A stretch of 64,000 nt of DNA from an uncultured bacterium (GTDB lineage: Bacteria; Auribacterota; Erginobacteria; Erginobacterales; Erginobacteraceae), in the NCBI GenBank assembly GCA_963822585.1, contig CAWGIE010000036.1:32001-96000 (forward strand). Reading direction: 5' to 3'. How positions within the stretch are numbered: position 1 is the stretch's first letter; every line of letters starts with the position of its first letter. A program made the translations under genes and the position numbers. The notes below the pieces were generated by a model that saw nothing but the letters and a program-made list of their open reading frames with translations, searched no databases and was not told the origin of the DNA. Positions 9,807 to 20,193 of the stretch are shown here, piece by piece.

Positions 9807-10490
9807 ATGAAGCGGTTATTCGTCATACTGGTTCTTTTCTTTACATTGCGTCCGGGCGCAGGGGCCCAGGAGGAGTACGCCATCCCGGTCAAGCCGGGCG
9901 ATTCTTCTTCCACCATCATCGAATCGTACCTGAATGGGCTCGGCGCCTGGGATAAGGTTGTTGAATATAACCAGCTCCTCCGCCCGGGGAATCTGGTCAA
10001 GGTCCCCTCCCAGCTGGTCAACCTGGAAGGAAAAGCGTATATCTCGTTGATCTACGGGGAGGGGAGCGTCCGGCTGGCCGGAGCAGAGAACTGGATCAAA
10101 GCCCTGCCGGGGCTGATCATTCAGAACGGAGACACCGTCAGGACGGGATCCGATTCCGGCATCGAGCTTACCATGGAGAACGGCGATCGGGCACTTTTGC
10201 GTGAACTGACCGAGATCCAATTCAGTCCCGTTCGGAAACAACAGGAGAAGACCAATCTTCTCAAGCTTCTCCAGGGGAAAGTGATCTCCATCATCCGGCG
10301 GATGCCCAATCGGGACATCCGTTACCGGATCCAGACCCCGACCGCGGTATCCCTGGTCAGGGGGACGCGGTTCAGAACCAAAATCACCGAGGATGAGAAA
10401 ACCGTCTTCGAGGTCCTGGAGGGAGAGGTGGGCGTTGAATCGGATGCGGGAGAGATCACCCTTGAGGATGACTTCGGCATTAAACTGTAA
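9807..10490 (+). CDS. Secreted LysM-like + FecR domain protein
   Basis: Signal peptide; VKPGDS..W..V.EYN..LRPG LysM-like; GDTVRTG..IQTPTAVSLVRGTRF..VLEGEV FecR motif. Confidence 0.85.
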   Translation: MKRLFVILVLFFTLRPGAGAQEEYAIPVKPGDSSSTIIESYLNGLGAWDKVVEYNQLLRPGNLVKVPSQLVNLEGKAYISLIYGEGSVRLAGAENWIKALPGLIIQNGDTVRTGSDSGIELTMENGDRALLRELTEIQFSPVRKQQEKTNLLKLLQGKVISIIRRMPNRDIRYRIQTPTAVSLVRGTRFRTKITEDEKTVFEVLEGEVGVESDAGEITLEDDFGIKL

Positions 10491-10519
10491 CCTCACCACC
10501 GAGTTGGCACTCTTTATCA

Positions 10520-10821
10520 ACCACGAAGAACACGAAGGTCACGAAGGGGTACATCCCGAGCGGATGCTCTTAAAATAAAACCGGCCGCCATCCGGGTGTA
10601 TTCAAATTCGCTTTATATCTCTCCATTCACCTTTCCTGTCTTTAAGCTCCAGCTTAACCCGATTTATTCATAAATCGGGTTAGTTTTGAACCATGACAAG
10701 AAAGACAGCCCTGATTTATTTCTCCCCTCTTATTTACTTCGTGACGTTGGACGGTCGCTTCGCTCCCTGCCCAGCTAACGCTGGGCCCGTCTCACTGCGT
10801 TCGGCCCGTGTCCTTCGTGGT
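10520..10821. repeat. Inverted-arm element of 9-mers (ACCACGAAG.ACACGAAG / CTTCGTG..CTTCGTGGT) with a nested 58-bp hairpin insert
   Basis: Same arms as 13779, 17062 and 44843; right arm split by an insert at 10749-10806; internal palindrome 10655-10682. Confidence 0.75.
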
Positions 10822-13139
10822 GATTTTTCCCCGCCTGTACCCCATTATCACGATCAGCGAGGACAGATTGAGCAGGGCGACCGCGTAGCAGGTAGCGGCC
10901 ACACCCAGGATCGGCAATATGAGGGCGCTGACTGCCAGCGCCCCCAGGCATGCCCCCAGAAGATCCACACCATAGGTCATTCCAGCTACCAACCCCACCT
11001 GTTTTCTTTGTTTCAGATACATCCTCCCCGCCAGCGGGAGCTGAAACCCTCCGAGAAAGCCGGCGATGACCGGGAGAGCCGGGAAAATAATGTTCTCCCC
11101 CGCGGAGAGCATGATTCCTTCGGGATGCCGGGCAAGCAGTGAAAATACCAGCGGGAGGGAGAGCGGATAGAGACAGATCGCGACCTGGTTCACGAAGAGC
11201 AGGCGATGTTCGTCCCGTATTCGGGAAAAAACCGCGGTAACCGTCCCCCCACCCAGAACCAGCCCGACCATAAAGAGGGTGAGGATTATTCCCAGCTTAT
11301 AATAGACATAGCCGTAGAATATTTGAAAGGCAAGCAGCAGCACCACCTGGAAAACCATTTCCGAGAAGCCGGAGGTGAAGACCGGCCAGAGAATCCAGCC
11401 GCCGCCGGTCCGGCGGCGGCGGAACCGGAAGAGGGGAAAAAGCAGCAGCGAGATCCCCGCCGGCAGCAGAAACCACCACCAGCGCAGGATCACGGCATCC
11501 TGGAGAAAGCGGGTAAACCAGCCCCCGACCTCGCCGATAAAATAACTGCTCCAGAAGACCATGTCATAGAAATAGCAGATGGGGTGGAAATCCAGGTTAA
11601 GCTGGTCCCGGGGAGCGCTCTCAATCTCTCTCTGCTGGTACTCGATCCGTTCCCTCCGCATCCGGTCCGCCAGGTAGTAACCGCGAACGTATTTCAGATC
11701 GAGATTCCGCTGACGGACCCGTTCTTCAAGCACGGCGTAGTCATCCGTCAGGTAGCGCGAACCGTCCGCGGCAATGAAGTAAACCGTCCCCCCCGGAATA
11801 ATCACCAGGTCGGGAAATACCTCCCGCACGGTCTGATAGATGCACCCGAGGAAATTCCGCAGTTCTCCGCTGATATAGTTTTCCGACGAGGTGAGACCAA
11901 AACCAAGAACCCCTCCCGGGTCAAGCCGGGATCTGGCCAGCGAAAAAAACTCCCGGGTGTAGAATCGGTTGAGCTGGGCGGTGTAGGGGTCGGGGAGATT
12001 GACGATAATCAGATCAAACCTCTTCTCCGTTCGCTGCAGGTAGAGGCGCCCGTCACCGTGGATAATCTTCACCCGGGGATCTTTCAGGGACAGATCGGCC
12101 CCGGGGGGAGAAACTCCTCCGTCAGCCGGATAATCTCCGGGTCCAGTTCGACGTAGGTTACTTCCCGCACGGCCGGATGCCGCAATATTTCCCGCAGGCT
12201 CCCCCCCGCCCCCCCGCCGATCAGAAGGATCCGGCCCGGATCGGGATGCTCGAGCATCGCGAAATGGACCGATTCTTCAGCCGAGAGAAGGTCCGGGCAG
12301 GTGAAGAGAAGGAGGCCGTTTTCAAAGAGGCTGAACTGCCCCTCCCGGCCGGTCACGGCCAGTTGACCATAAACGGTGTTCTCGGTCTTTTCCAGACGGA
12401 AACCACGCCATTGCCAGCCGAGAGACAGCACGTCCAGCCTGCCGAACCAGCCGGCGGCGCCGGCCAGAACGGACACGGCCAGAAGGACAAACCAGAGAGC
12501 TTTCAGGAACCGGAACCGGCGGAAAGGAGAGGAAAAGAAAAGCAGGGTCCCCGCCGCCGCCAGGTTTAGAAATCCGAAAATGAGAACCAGGCCCAGGGGG
12601 GAGAACGCCTGAACCAGGAAGAGACTGGTTAGAAAACCTCCGGCCACCGATCCCAGGGCCTCCAGAACGTAGACAACCCCCAATCCATGGCCGGGGGAGC
12701 ATGAGCCTTCCCGGGAGACGCGTTCATAGACACGGCAGCCCAGGGAAAATAGGAAACCGTTGAGCAGACAGCAGGCTGAGACAACGATGAAAGAAGCGAT
12801 GAAGATCGGGACATAGCCGACGATCTGCCCCGGGGAGATGTCCAGGAACAGCTTGACGGATCGGATGGCCGGGAGCGTCAGGATCAGGGCAAAGGCCAGT
12901 AATGCCTGGCTGCAGGAGAAGATCGTTGCCGGGGAGCGGAGCCGGTCGGCCAGACGACCCAGGATCAGGCTCCCGACGCCGGTCCAGAAAAGCCAGCACG
13001 CCAGAACCACCCCCAGGGCAAGCTCGTTGCCGTAGAAAAGAACCAGGAGCTCCCTTAAAAATACGATCTGGGCGGAGAGGGCGGTAAACCCGGCAATGAA
13101 GATGGAGACGAACAGGGGAAGATGTTTTTTCATTCCCAT
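10792..13139 (-). CDS. Membrane-fused spermidine synthase-like protein (one frameshift near 12100)
   Basis: TM-rich ends; ILLIGGGAGG, VELDPEI, GDGR, DLIIVNLPDP..FYTREFF; one extra G at the C6G4 run joins the two track ORFs (..EFLPPGADLSLKDPRVKIIHGDGR). Confidence 0.85.
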
Positions 13140-13185
13140 TCATGTGCTCCCGGCAGGGAAAATGACGGTCCTCTCCCCCTCTTCC

Positions 13186-13254
13186 GGGCCGACACGGCGG
13201 TCGGCCCCTACGGGCGAGGCCGGCAATCGTAGGGGAGGACCGCCGTGTCCTCCC
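13186..13254. repeat. GTAG-type REP doublet
   Basis: GGGCCGACACGGCGGTCGGCCCCTACG and CGTAGGGGAGGACCGCCGTGTCCTCCC; siblings at 49377-49428. Confidence 0.8.
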
Positions 13255-13771
13255 CGGATGAGGAAATATGCGAAATTATATTCCTCACAATTTGATCAAC
13301 ACTCAAATCAGAAGTATCTATCCGGTATTCGATACGATCGTAGAAAATACGGCGGTCATCCAGCATTCTCCGGATTGTCTCCAGCCGATCGCCCTTTTCC
13401 AGAAGCGGCCGATGAGATTCGTTTTCCACTCTCTTGAGAATCACCTCCGGCCGGGCGGTCAGGCAGACGAGGAGACCGCTCCAGGCAAAGTCCCGGATAT
13501 TGTCCGGGTCGAGCACGACCCCTCCCCCGGTGGCGACGATCTGCCCCCGCCGGCGGGAAAGTTCTTCCGCCAGAGCCCGTTCACGCTTTCGAAAATAAGC
13601 TTCTCCCCGCTCAATGAACAACCGGCTGATGCTCATCCCCTCCCGTTCTTCAATGATCTCGTCCATCTCCACTACCGGGCGGTGGAGCCGCTCCCCCAGG
13701 AGGCGGCCGACGGCCGATTTCCCGGTCCCCATGAACCCGAAGAGCACGATGTTTTTACCTTTTATCATCAC
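13208..13771 (-). CDS. aroK: Shikimate kinase
   Basis: GFMGTGKS, GEAYFR, ATGGGVV, RPLL. Confidence 0.95.
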   Translation of the reverse strand: MMIKGKNIVLFGFMGTGKSAVGRLLGERLHRPVVEMDEIIEEREGMSISRLFIERGEAYFRKRERALAEELSRRRGQIVATGGGVVLDPDNIRDFAWSGLLVCLTARPEVILKRVENESHRPLLEKGDRLETIRRMLDDRRIFYDRIEYRIDTSDLSVDQIVRNIISHISSSGEDTAVLPYDCRPRP

Positions 13772-13778
13772 CTTTGAT

Positions 13779-13921
13779 GAACCACGAAGGACACGAAGAA
13801 CACGAAGATCCTTACGAGAAGATTATTAAATGGGTTGCCTGTTACCGGTAAGAATCAAGAAATACATCCATTCCGCTGAGTCAGGTATTTTCCTTCGTGA
13901 CCTTCGTGTCCTTCGTGGTTC
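13779..13921. repeat. Inverted-arm element of 9-mers (CACGAAG family)
   Basis: GAACCACGAAGGACACGAAGAACACGAAG ... CTTCGTGACCTTCGTGTCCTTCGTGGTTC. Confidence 0.85.
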
Positions 13922-15026
13922 GGAAAGTTTCCCGGTAACCGGAGTAATTACGGCGCACCTCGCTGAGACTATCGCCGCCGAACTTTTCCAGGAAGGCCTG
14001 GGCCAGCACCAGAGCGGCCATCGCCCTACCGACCACCGAGGCCGCCGGGAGAGCGCAGACGTCCGATCTTTCCCGGGCGGCGGTGACCGGCTTCCCGGTT
14101 GCCAGATCGACCGTCCGCAGCGGCTTTCCCAGGGTGGGGATCGGCTTCATGACCGCCCGGATGGCGATCGTCTCCCCGTTGGATACGCCTCCCTCGATGC
14201 CCCCGGCCCGGTTGGTCAGCCGGCAGGGCCCCGCCGGGCCGCAGACGATTTCGTCGTGGACCCGGGAGCCGGGCAGCTCTCCCATCTGGAAGCCGGCGCC
14301 GATCTCCACCCCCTTGACGGCCGGGATGCTCATCAACGCCAGGGCCAAACGTCCGTCCAGCCGGCTGTCGGCCTGGGCGTAACTGCCCAGGCCGGGGGGA
14401 ACACCCACGGCCGCGACCTGAAAAACCCCGCCCAGGGTATCGCCGGCAGCCGCGGCCCGGGCGATCTGCTCGATCATCTCTTTCTCGGCGGCCGGATCGG
14501 GACAGTTGAGGAGTGATTTTTCCAGATTAACGCGCCGCTCGTCCTCGTCCGCCTCGGCGGCGGTCACCCCGCCCAGGGAGACCACCCAGCTCTCCACCCG
14601 GATCGAGAACTCCCTTAAAAGAAGCTGGGCCAATGCCCCCAGCGCCACCCGGGCGGCCGTCTCCCGGGCGCTGGCCCGTTCCAGAACGTTGCGGATGTCC
14701 CGATGGGCATACTTCAGGGCCCCGGCCAGATCGGCGTGACCGGGGCGGGGTGCGGTCACCGGGGGGAGTTCTTCGATCGTGAAATCCCTGTTTTCGATCA
14801 GCAAGCCGAGGGGAGAACCGATAGTGAAACCTCCCCGGGTCCCGCCCCAGATCTCGACCCGGTCGGATTCGATCTCCATGCGTTTTCCCCGGCCGTAACC
14901 GCACTGCCGGGCGCGCAGTTCCGAGTTGATAAAATCTTCATCGATCTTCAGCCCGGCGGGGAAACCGTCCAGTATGGCAAGCAGCCCCCTCCCGTGTGAC
15001 TCCCCCGCCGTCAGATAACGTAACAT
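13881..15026 (-). CDS. aroC: Chorismate synthase
   Basis: TAGESHG, PRPGHAD, ERASARETAARVA, KPIPTL, ERSD. Confidence 0.97.
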   Translation of the reverse strand: MLRYLTAGESHGRGLLAILDGFPAGLKIDEDFINSELRARQCGYGRGKRMEIESDRVEIWGGTRGGFTIGSPLGLLIENRDFTIEELPPVTAPRPGHADLAGALKYAHRDIRNVLERASARETAARVALGALAQLLLREFSIRVESWVVSLGGVTAAEADEDERRVNLEKSLLNCPDPAAEKEMIEQIARAAAAGDTLGGVFQVAAVGVPPGLGSYAQADSRLDGRLALALMSIPAVKGVEIGAGFQMGELPGSRVHDEIVCGPAGPCRLTNRAGGIEGGVSNGETIAIRAVMKPIPTLGKPLRTVDLATGKPVTAARERSDVCALPAASVVGRAMAALVLAQAFLEKFGGDSLSEVRRNYSGYRETFRTTKDTKVTKENT

Positions 15027-15099
15027 GGGATAACCTCTTAACTCATTGGATTAGTTAATATTGCTGTAATTAATACACTATATCAGGGAGAATTATAAG

Positions 15100-15212
15100 G
15101 GAATACTGGAATAATGGAGTGGTGGAGCAATGGAGAGAATAGCTTGCCAACATCGGCGGTCCCGCTGTCGGCCCGGCCCCAATACTCCAGCATTCCCATA
15201 TTCCATCACTCC
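15100..15212. repeat. Inverted-arm element of 8-mers (TGGAGTAA / TACTCCA family)
   Basis: GGAATAATGGAGTGGTGGAGCAATGGAG ... ACTCCAGCATTCCCATATTCCATCACTCC. Confidence 0.8.
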
Positions 15213-15273
15213 TTTTTGCCCATTCACTCGGATCCATTAAAAAAGGGGTCTCTGGTCCCGCAACCTGTTCTCC

Positions 15274-16083
15274 TCAGTATATCGTCAGATACCAGAAAAG
15301 AATCTGCCGGCCGAAGAAGAGGGTCAGCAGTGAACCGGCCGCCAGGAAGGGCCCGAAAGGAATCCGGGAACCCCAGTGAGCTTTCTTCATTATAATCGAT
15401 CCCACCCCGATCACCGCGGCCAGCAGCGCCCCGAGAAAGATGGCGAGCAAAACCATCTGCCAGCCCTGCCAGGCCCCTACCGCGGCCATCAGTTTCACAT
15501 CACCCAGCCCCATCGCCTCCTTTTTGAAGGCCGCCTTCCCGAGCAGGCCGATCAGCCAGAGGCTGAGGCCCCCGGCAGCCGCCCCGATCAGGGAACGGAG
15601 CAACGCCTGGCCGATAGTTATACTTCCCAGATGGCCGGGATAAAGGACCGTCAGTAGAAACCCCATCATAAGCAGCGGATACGTAAGCCGGTCGGGGAGG
15701 ATGAAAAATTCTCCATCAATGACACTCAGGATCACCAGTGTCGCACAGAAATACCAGTAAAACGGGACCAGAATCAGCCGTTCCCCCCGGGAGACAACCA
15801 GGAAATGGACCGAGACAAAGAGCAATCCCATCAGCAATTCTACCAGGGGATACTGAACGGAGATGGCCGCCCGGCACTGCCGGCACTTTCCCCGCAGCAG
15901 CAGGAAACTGAGAAGCGGGATGTTGTCATACCCGGCGATCGTTTTCCCGCAATGCGGACAAAACGACCGGGGGGGGCGGGCGATTGATTTCTTCCGGGGA
16001 AGACGGTAGATGCAGACATTAGCGAAACTGCCGACCGCCAGGCCGAACAAGAAGACTATGATGATTAACCAGATAGAAGCCAT
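15274..16083 (-). CDS. pilD: Type IV prepilin peptidase
   Basis: GSFANVCIYRLP, CPHC..DNIP..GKCRQC, MGLGDVKL, IPFGPFL. Confidence 0.93.
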   Translation of the reverse strand: MASIWLIIIVFLFGLAVGSFANVCIYRLPRKKSIARPPRSFCPHCGKTIAGYDNIPLLSFLLLRGKCRQCRAAISVQYPLVELLMGLLFVSVHFLVVSRGERLILVPFYWYFCATLVILSVIDGEFFILPDRLTYPLLMMGFLLTVLYPGHLGSITIGQALLRSLIGAAAGGLSLWLIGLLGKAAFKKEAMGLGDVKLMAAVGAWQGWQMVLLAIFLGALLAAVIGVGSIIMKKAHWGSRIPFGPFLAAGSLLTLFFGRQILFWYLTIY

Positions 16084-16146
16084 TTTGCAGTTCTCATTAA
16101 TTATCGGCATCCGGCGTTATCAGTCGGATCGGTCTGATCGGTCTGG

Positions 16147-17028
16147 TCAGTCGGATCCGACATCCCCCAATAACGCCTGCCGCGCCGCCTCCCTCATCAC
16201 CTCAACCGGCGCCGTCACCCCGGTCCAGATTTCCCCGGCGGCGGCGGCCTGGTGAATCAGCATTCCGAGACCGTTGATCGCCCGCAGTCCCCGTCCCCGG
16301 GACGCCCTGAGCAGGGGCGTCTCCACCGGGTTATACACCAGATCCATCACCAGTGTCCCCGGGGCGAGCAGGGCGGGATCAACGCTGACCGGATCCTCCG
16401 GGTGCAGCCCCAGCGGCGTGGCATCAACCAGCAGGTCGCAACCCCCGATGATCCCGGCCCCCTCCTTGCTTCCCGCCTGAAACACGCCGGAGATCCCGGC
16501 CCGGATCTCCTGATTGATCCAGGCAGACAGCTCCTCGGCCCTCTCCGGCCGCAGATCGCAGATATCTACCCGGGCGGCGCCTTCCAGTGCGGCCTGAACC
16601 GCTACCGCCCGCCCCGCCCCCCCGGCTCCGAACAGGCAAACCGACTTTCCGGGGAAAGAAAAACCGGCTTCCTCCCGCAGTGCCCGGATGAAACCGGGGC
16701 CGTCGGTATTATACCCGGATGAGAGGCCGTCACGGAAAAGGACCGTATTCACCGCACCGATCAGCCGGGCTTCCTTGCTCACCTCATCGAGCAGTGCGAT
16801 GACCGATTGTTTGTGGGGGATGGTGATATTCAAGCCCCGCCCCCCCAGGGCCCGGAATCCCCGGAAAGCCGCTGCCAGATCCGGCGCCTCAACGTTGAAG
16901 GCCAGGTAAAGCCAGTTGAGCCGGGCAGCGGCAAAGGCCGCGTTATGGATCTGCGGGGAGATGGAATGGCTGACCGGATGGCCGAACAAGCCGGTCAGAA
17001 CAGTGGAACTGTCGGGGATAATGTTCAT
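16147..17028 (-). CDS. aroE: Shikimate dehydrogenase
   Basis: GHPVSHSISP, NITIPHK, GAVNT, NTD, GAGGAGRA, GLGML; alternative start 17043. Confidence 0.95.
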   Translation of the reverse strand: MNIIPDSSTVLTGLFGHPVSHSISPQIHNAAFAAARLNWLYLAFNVEAPDLAAAFRGFRALGGRGLNITIPHKQSVIALLDEVSKEARLIGAVNTVLFRDGLSSGYNTDGPGFIRALREEAGFSFPGKSVCLFGAGGAGRAVAVQAALEGAARVDICDLRPERAEELSAWINQEIRAGISGVFQAGSKEGAGIIGGCDLLVDATPLGLHPEDPVSVDPALLAPGTLVMDLVYNPVETPLLRASRGRGLRAINGLGMLIHQAAAAGEIWTGVTAPVEVMREAARQALLGDVGSD

Positions 17029-17061
17029 GATACACCGCACCATTATAAACAGCAGTATAGT

Positions 17062-17268
17062 ACCACGAAGAACACGAAGGACACGAAAAAAAAGAAACAG
17101 TTATGGCATGGAGACTAACCTTAATTTCGCGGCCCGCGGACAAAAATGTAAAATCGGTCGGCGGTCCGGTTTGATCGTGGTAAGGATCCGCGCATTGGTG
17201 AATTGTTCCCACCGGAGCGGAAGCTCATCAGCGGATTTTCCCTTCGTGTCCTTCGTGTTCTTCGTGGT
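17062..17268. repeat. Inverted-arm element of 9-mers (CACGAAG family)
   Basis: ACCACGAAGAACACGAAGGACACGAA ... CTTCGTGTCCTTCGTGTTCTTCGTGGT. Confidence 0.85.
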
Positions 17269-17319
17269 GAAATACAGGGGGAAGTTGTGGGCGCAGAGCC
17301 CGCAGATGAATGTGAAAGA

Positions 17320-18828
17320 TTATTTCTTCCGGGCGGCGATTTTATTGACGGCGTTGAGGTAGGCTTTGACGCTGGCCTCGATGATGTCCGTGGAGGAAGC
17401 TCTCCCGTTCATGATCCGGCGGCCGGATTTGATGCTGACCGCTACTTCCCCCAGCGCGTCTTTTCCTCCGGTGACCCCCCGAAGCTCGTATTTAAGCATC
17501 TCACATTTAATGCCGGTGATCCGATCGACGGCCCGGCAGGCGGCGTCAACCGGTCCGTCGCCGCAGGAGGCATCCTGGAAGACGGCTTTTCCTTTCCGCA
17601 GCCGGATGGTGGCGGTGGGAACCGTCCGGCTGCCGCTGGTGACGTTGAGATACTCCAGTGAAAAAATCGCCGGGGGACGCGTGATCTGCTCATCGACCAG
17701 GGCCTCGATATCGTCGTCGAAGACATGCTTCTTCTTGTCGGCCAGGGTCTTGAACCTCTCGAACGCCCGGTCCAATTCATCTCCGGAAAGCTGATAGCCG
17801 AGCGTTTTCAGCTTATCGTTGAAGGCGTGGCGGCCGGAGTGCTTGCCCAGGACCAGGAGGCTTTTCGGCATGCCCACGTCCCGGGGACGCATGATCTCGT
17901 AAGTCGTCCGCTCCTTCAGGATGCCGTCCTGGTGGATACCGGCTTCGTGGGCGAAGGCGTTCTCTCCCACGATAGCCTTGTTCCGCTGGACCGGAATGCC
18001 GGTCAGGTGGCTCACCAGCCGGCTGGTCTTATAGATCTGCCGGGTATTGATCCCGGTGGCGACCCCCCAGAAATCCTTTCTTACCTTGAGTGCCATCGCG
18101 ATCTCTTCCAGCGAGGCATTCCCCGCCCGTTCCCCCAACCCGTTGACACAGCACTCCACCTGGCGGGCGCCGTTCTTTACCGCGGAGAGGCTGTTGGCGA
18201 CCGCCAGCCCGAGGTCGTTGTGACAATGGACGCTGATAACGGCGCGGGCGATATTGGGCACTTTCTCTTTCAGATAACGAATAATCCGGCCGAACTCGTC
18301 CGGGGTCGAGTAGCCGACGGTATCGGGAATATTGACCGTCGTCGCGCCGGCCGCGATCACCGCCTCCACCACCTCCACCAAAAAAGGCAGTTCGGTCCGG
18401 GAGGCGTCTTCCGGGGAGAATTCCACCGCGTCCAGATACTGCCGGGCCAGACGGACGGAACGGACCGCCTGCCGGATGATTTCCTCCTTGGCTTTTTTCA
18501 GCTTGAAATCCCGGTGAATTTTCGAGGTCGCCAGGAAGGTATGGATACGGGGGGATTCGGCCTTCTCCAGGGCCCGAAAAGCGGCCTCGATATCCTTCTT
18601 CAGACAGCGGGCCAGTCCGGCAACCGCGACCCCTTTGACCGACCGGGAGATGATACTGACCGCTTCAAAGTCTCCCGGGGAGGCGATCGGGAACCCCGCT
18701 TCAATGACGTCCACCCCCAGCCTGACCAGCTGGCGGGCAATCCGAAGTTTCTCCCGGATCGTCAGGCTGGCCCCCGGGGACTGTTCCCCATCGCGGAGCG
18801 TGGTATCAAAGATGATGATCCTGTTCAT
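17320..18828 (-). CDS. leuA: 2-isopropylmalate synthase
   Basis: [28 protein letters not shown], regulatory GDGPVDA. Confidence 0.97.
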   Translation of the reverse strand: MNRIIIFDTTLRDGEQSPGASLTIREKLRIARQLVRLGVDVIEAGFPIASPGDFEAVSIISRSVKGVAVAGLARCLKKDIEAAFRALEKAESPRIHTFLATSKIHRDFKLKKAKEEIIRQAVRSVRLARQYLDAVEFSPEDASRTELPFLVEVVEAVIAAGATTVNIPDTVGYSTPDEFGRIIRYLKEKVPNIARAVISVHCHNDLGLAVANSLSAVKNGARQVECCVNGLGERAGNASLEEIAMALKVRKDFWGVATGINTRQIYKTSRLVSHLTGIPVQRNKAIVGENAFAHEAGIHQDGILKERTTYEIMRPRDVGMPKSLLVLGKHSGRHAFNDKLKTLGYQLSGDELDRAFERFKTLADKKKHVFDDDIEALVDEQITRPPAIFSLEYLNVTSGSRTVPTATIRLRKGKAVFQDASCGDGPVDAACRAVDRITGIKCEMLKYELRGVTGGKDALGEVAVSIKSGRRIMNGRASSTDIIEASVKAYLNAVNKIAARKK

Positions 18829-18850
18829 TAAAATTTTTCAACGAAAAATT

Positions 18851-19717
18851 TTAGTAGCTCATCTCCAGCCAGCAGATGAAATCGGCCAGCGTCGGCCAGG
18901 ACATCTGGTAATCGGCGGCATCGATCCGGACCAGGTTGATCTCCTGGCTCAGATCTTTTACCACCCGGTCCTGGTTATAGGCCGAGAAAGACGAGTGATC
19001 CCAGGGGATACACTCCCCCTGGCCGCATTCGGGGGATTTAGCGACCACCTTGCCCAGGACCCTCCGGCTGCAGAGAAGGATCAGGTGGTCGGGGTGCTCC
19101 CTGACGTGGAAATGGACGTGGCCGGCAATGTCCAGCCCCTCCCGGAAGACGGTCTGGAAGACCTGGTTGGCCAGGGCCCGGGAGGTGAGGGAGAAATGGG
19201 GCTTGCGGTAGTAGAGCTTCGCCCTCTTGAAGCCGAAACGCGGTTTTTTCATCGCGAAGCGAAGAACGGATTTCAGGTGCTGGAAAGCGAAGGGCTTCCG
19301 TAAAAAACCCCTGATACCGAGATCGAGGGCCCGCTTCCGCTCGGTCAGGGGAAGGTCATAAGCGGACATCAGCATGACCGGGGTCTGGCGCCCCTCTTCC
19401 CGGAGGCGCTGGCAGATGTCGATCCCGTCCAGCCCCGGAAGCTGGTTGTCCAGGATGATGGCGTCGGGCGATTCCTCCAACGCCAGCTTGAGTCCTTCGT
19501 CTCCCCGTTCCGCCTGGAGGACGCGGTAGCCGAGAAGACCGAAGTAACGGGTGATGACCTGCCGGTTGAGGGGCTCGTCCTCGACGATTAGGATCGACTT
19601 GCCGGGAGCCCCGCGGCGTGGTTGATACCCCTCCCGGGAAACGGCATCAAGCCGGGCGGCACCGGTTTCCTCGGCCGGGACGATGGGGATTCTCTTGCCC
19701 TCGCTCATCCTTTTCAA
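18851..19717 (-). CDS. Response regulator (REC) with an unrecognised C-terminal domain
   Basis: ILIVEDE..ILDNQLPGLDG..MSA..KPF; TTG start overlaps the ilvN stop (alternative ATG 19708). Confidence 0.8.
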   Translation of the reverse strand: MKRMSEGKRIPIVPAEETGAARLDAVSREGYQPRRGAPGKSILIVEDEPLNRQVITRYFGLLGYRVLQAERGDEGLKLALEESPDAIILDNQLPGLDGIDICQRLREEGRQTPVMLMSAYDLPLTERKRALDLGIRGFLRKPFAFQHLKSVLRFAMKKPRFGFKRAKLYYRKPHFSLTSRALANQVFQTVFREGLDIAGHVHFHVREHPDHLILLCSRRVLGKVVAKSPECGQGECIPWDHSSFSAYNQDRVVKDLSQEINLVRIDAADYQMSWPTLADFICWLEMSY

Positions 19718-20193
19718 TTCCTGGCGATCGCGATCTTCCCGGTCCTGACCAGTTCCTTCACCCCGTAGCGGACCAGCAGATCCAGGATCGCCTTGATTTT
19801 CTCGGCTGTTCCGGTAACTTCCAGTACCAGGCTGGCGGCCGAGACATCGACCACCCGGGCGCGGAAGATCTGGGCGATTTCCAGTATCTCCGAGCGGGTC
19901 TTCGCCGTCGTTTTGACCTTGACCATGATCAGCTCCCGGTCGACTGATTCGCCGCTGGAGAATTCCTGGATCTTGATGACGTTGATCAGCTTGTTCAGCT
20001 GCTTCTCGACCTGTTCCATGATCTGGGGCGTGTCCTGATCATCGACCACGATCGTCATCCGGGAGATGGACGGGTCCATGGTCTCGCCGACCGCGAGACT
20101 GGTGATATTGAAGCCCCGGCCGGAGAAGAGCCCCGCCACCCGGGCCAGAACACCGAACTGATTTTCAACCAGAACCGAAATCGTGTGCCTCAT
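19714..20193 (-). CDS. ilvN: Acetolactate synthase small subunit
   Basis: MRHTISVLVEN.FGVLARVAGLFSGRGFNI, KQLNKLI. Confidence 0.96.
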   Translation of the reverse strand: MRHTISVLVENQFGVLARVAGLFSGRGFNITSLAVGETMDPSISRMTIVVDDQDTPQIMEQVEKQLNKLINVIKIQEFSSGESVDRELIMVKVKTTAKTRSEILEIAQIFRARVVDVSAASLVLEVTGTAEKIKAILDLLVRYGVKELVRTGKIAIARN

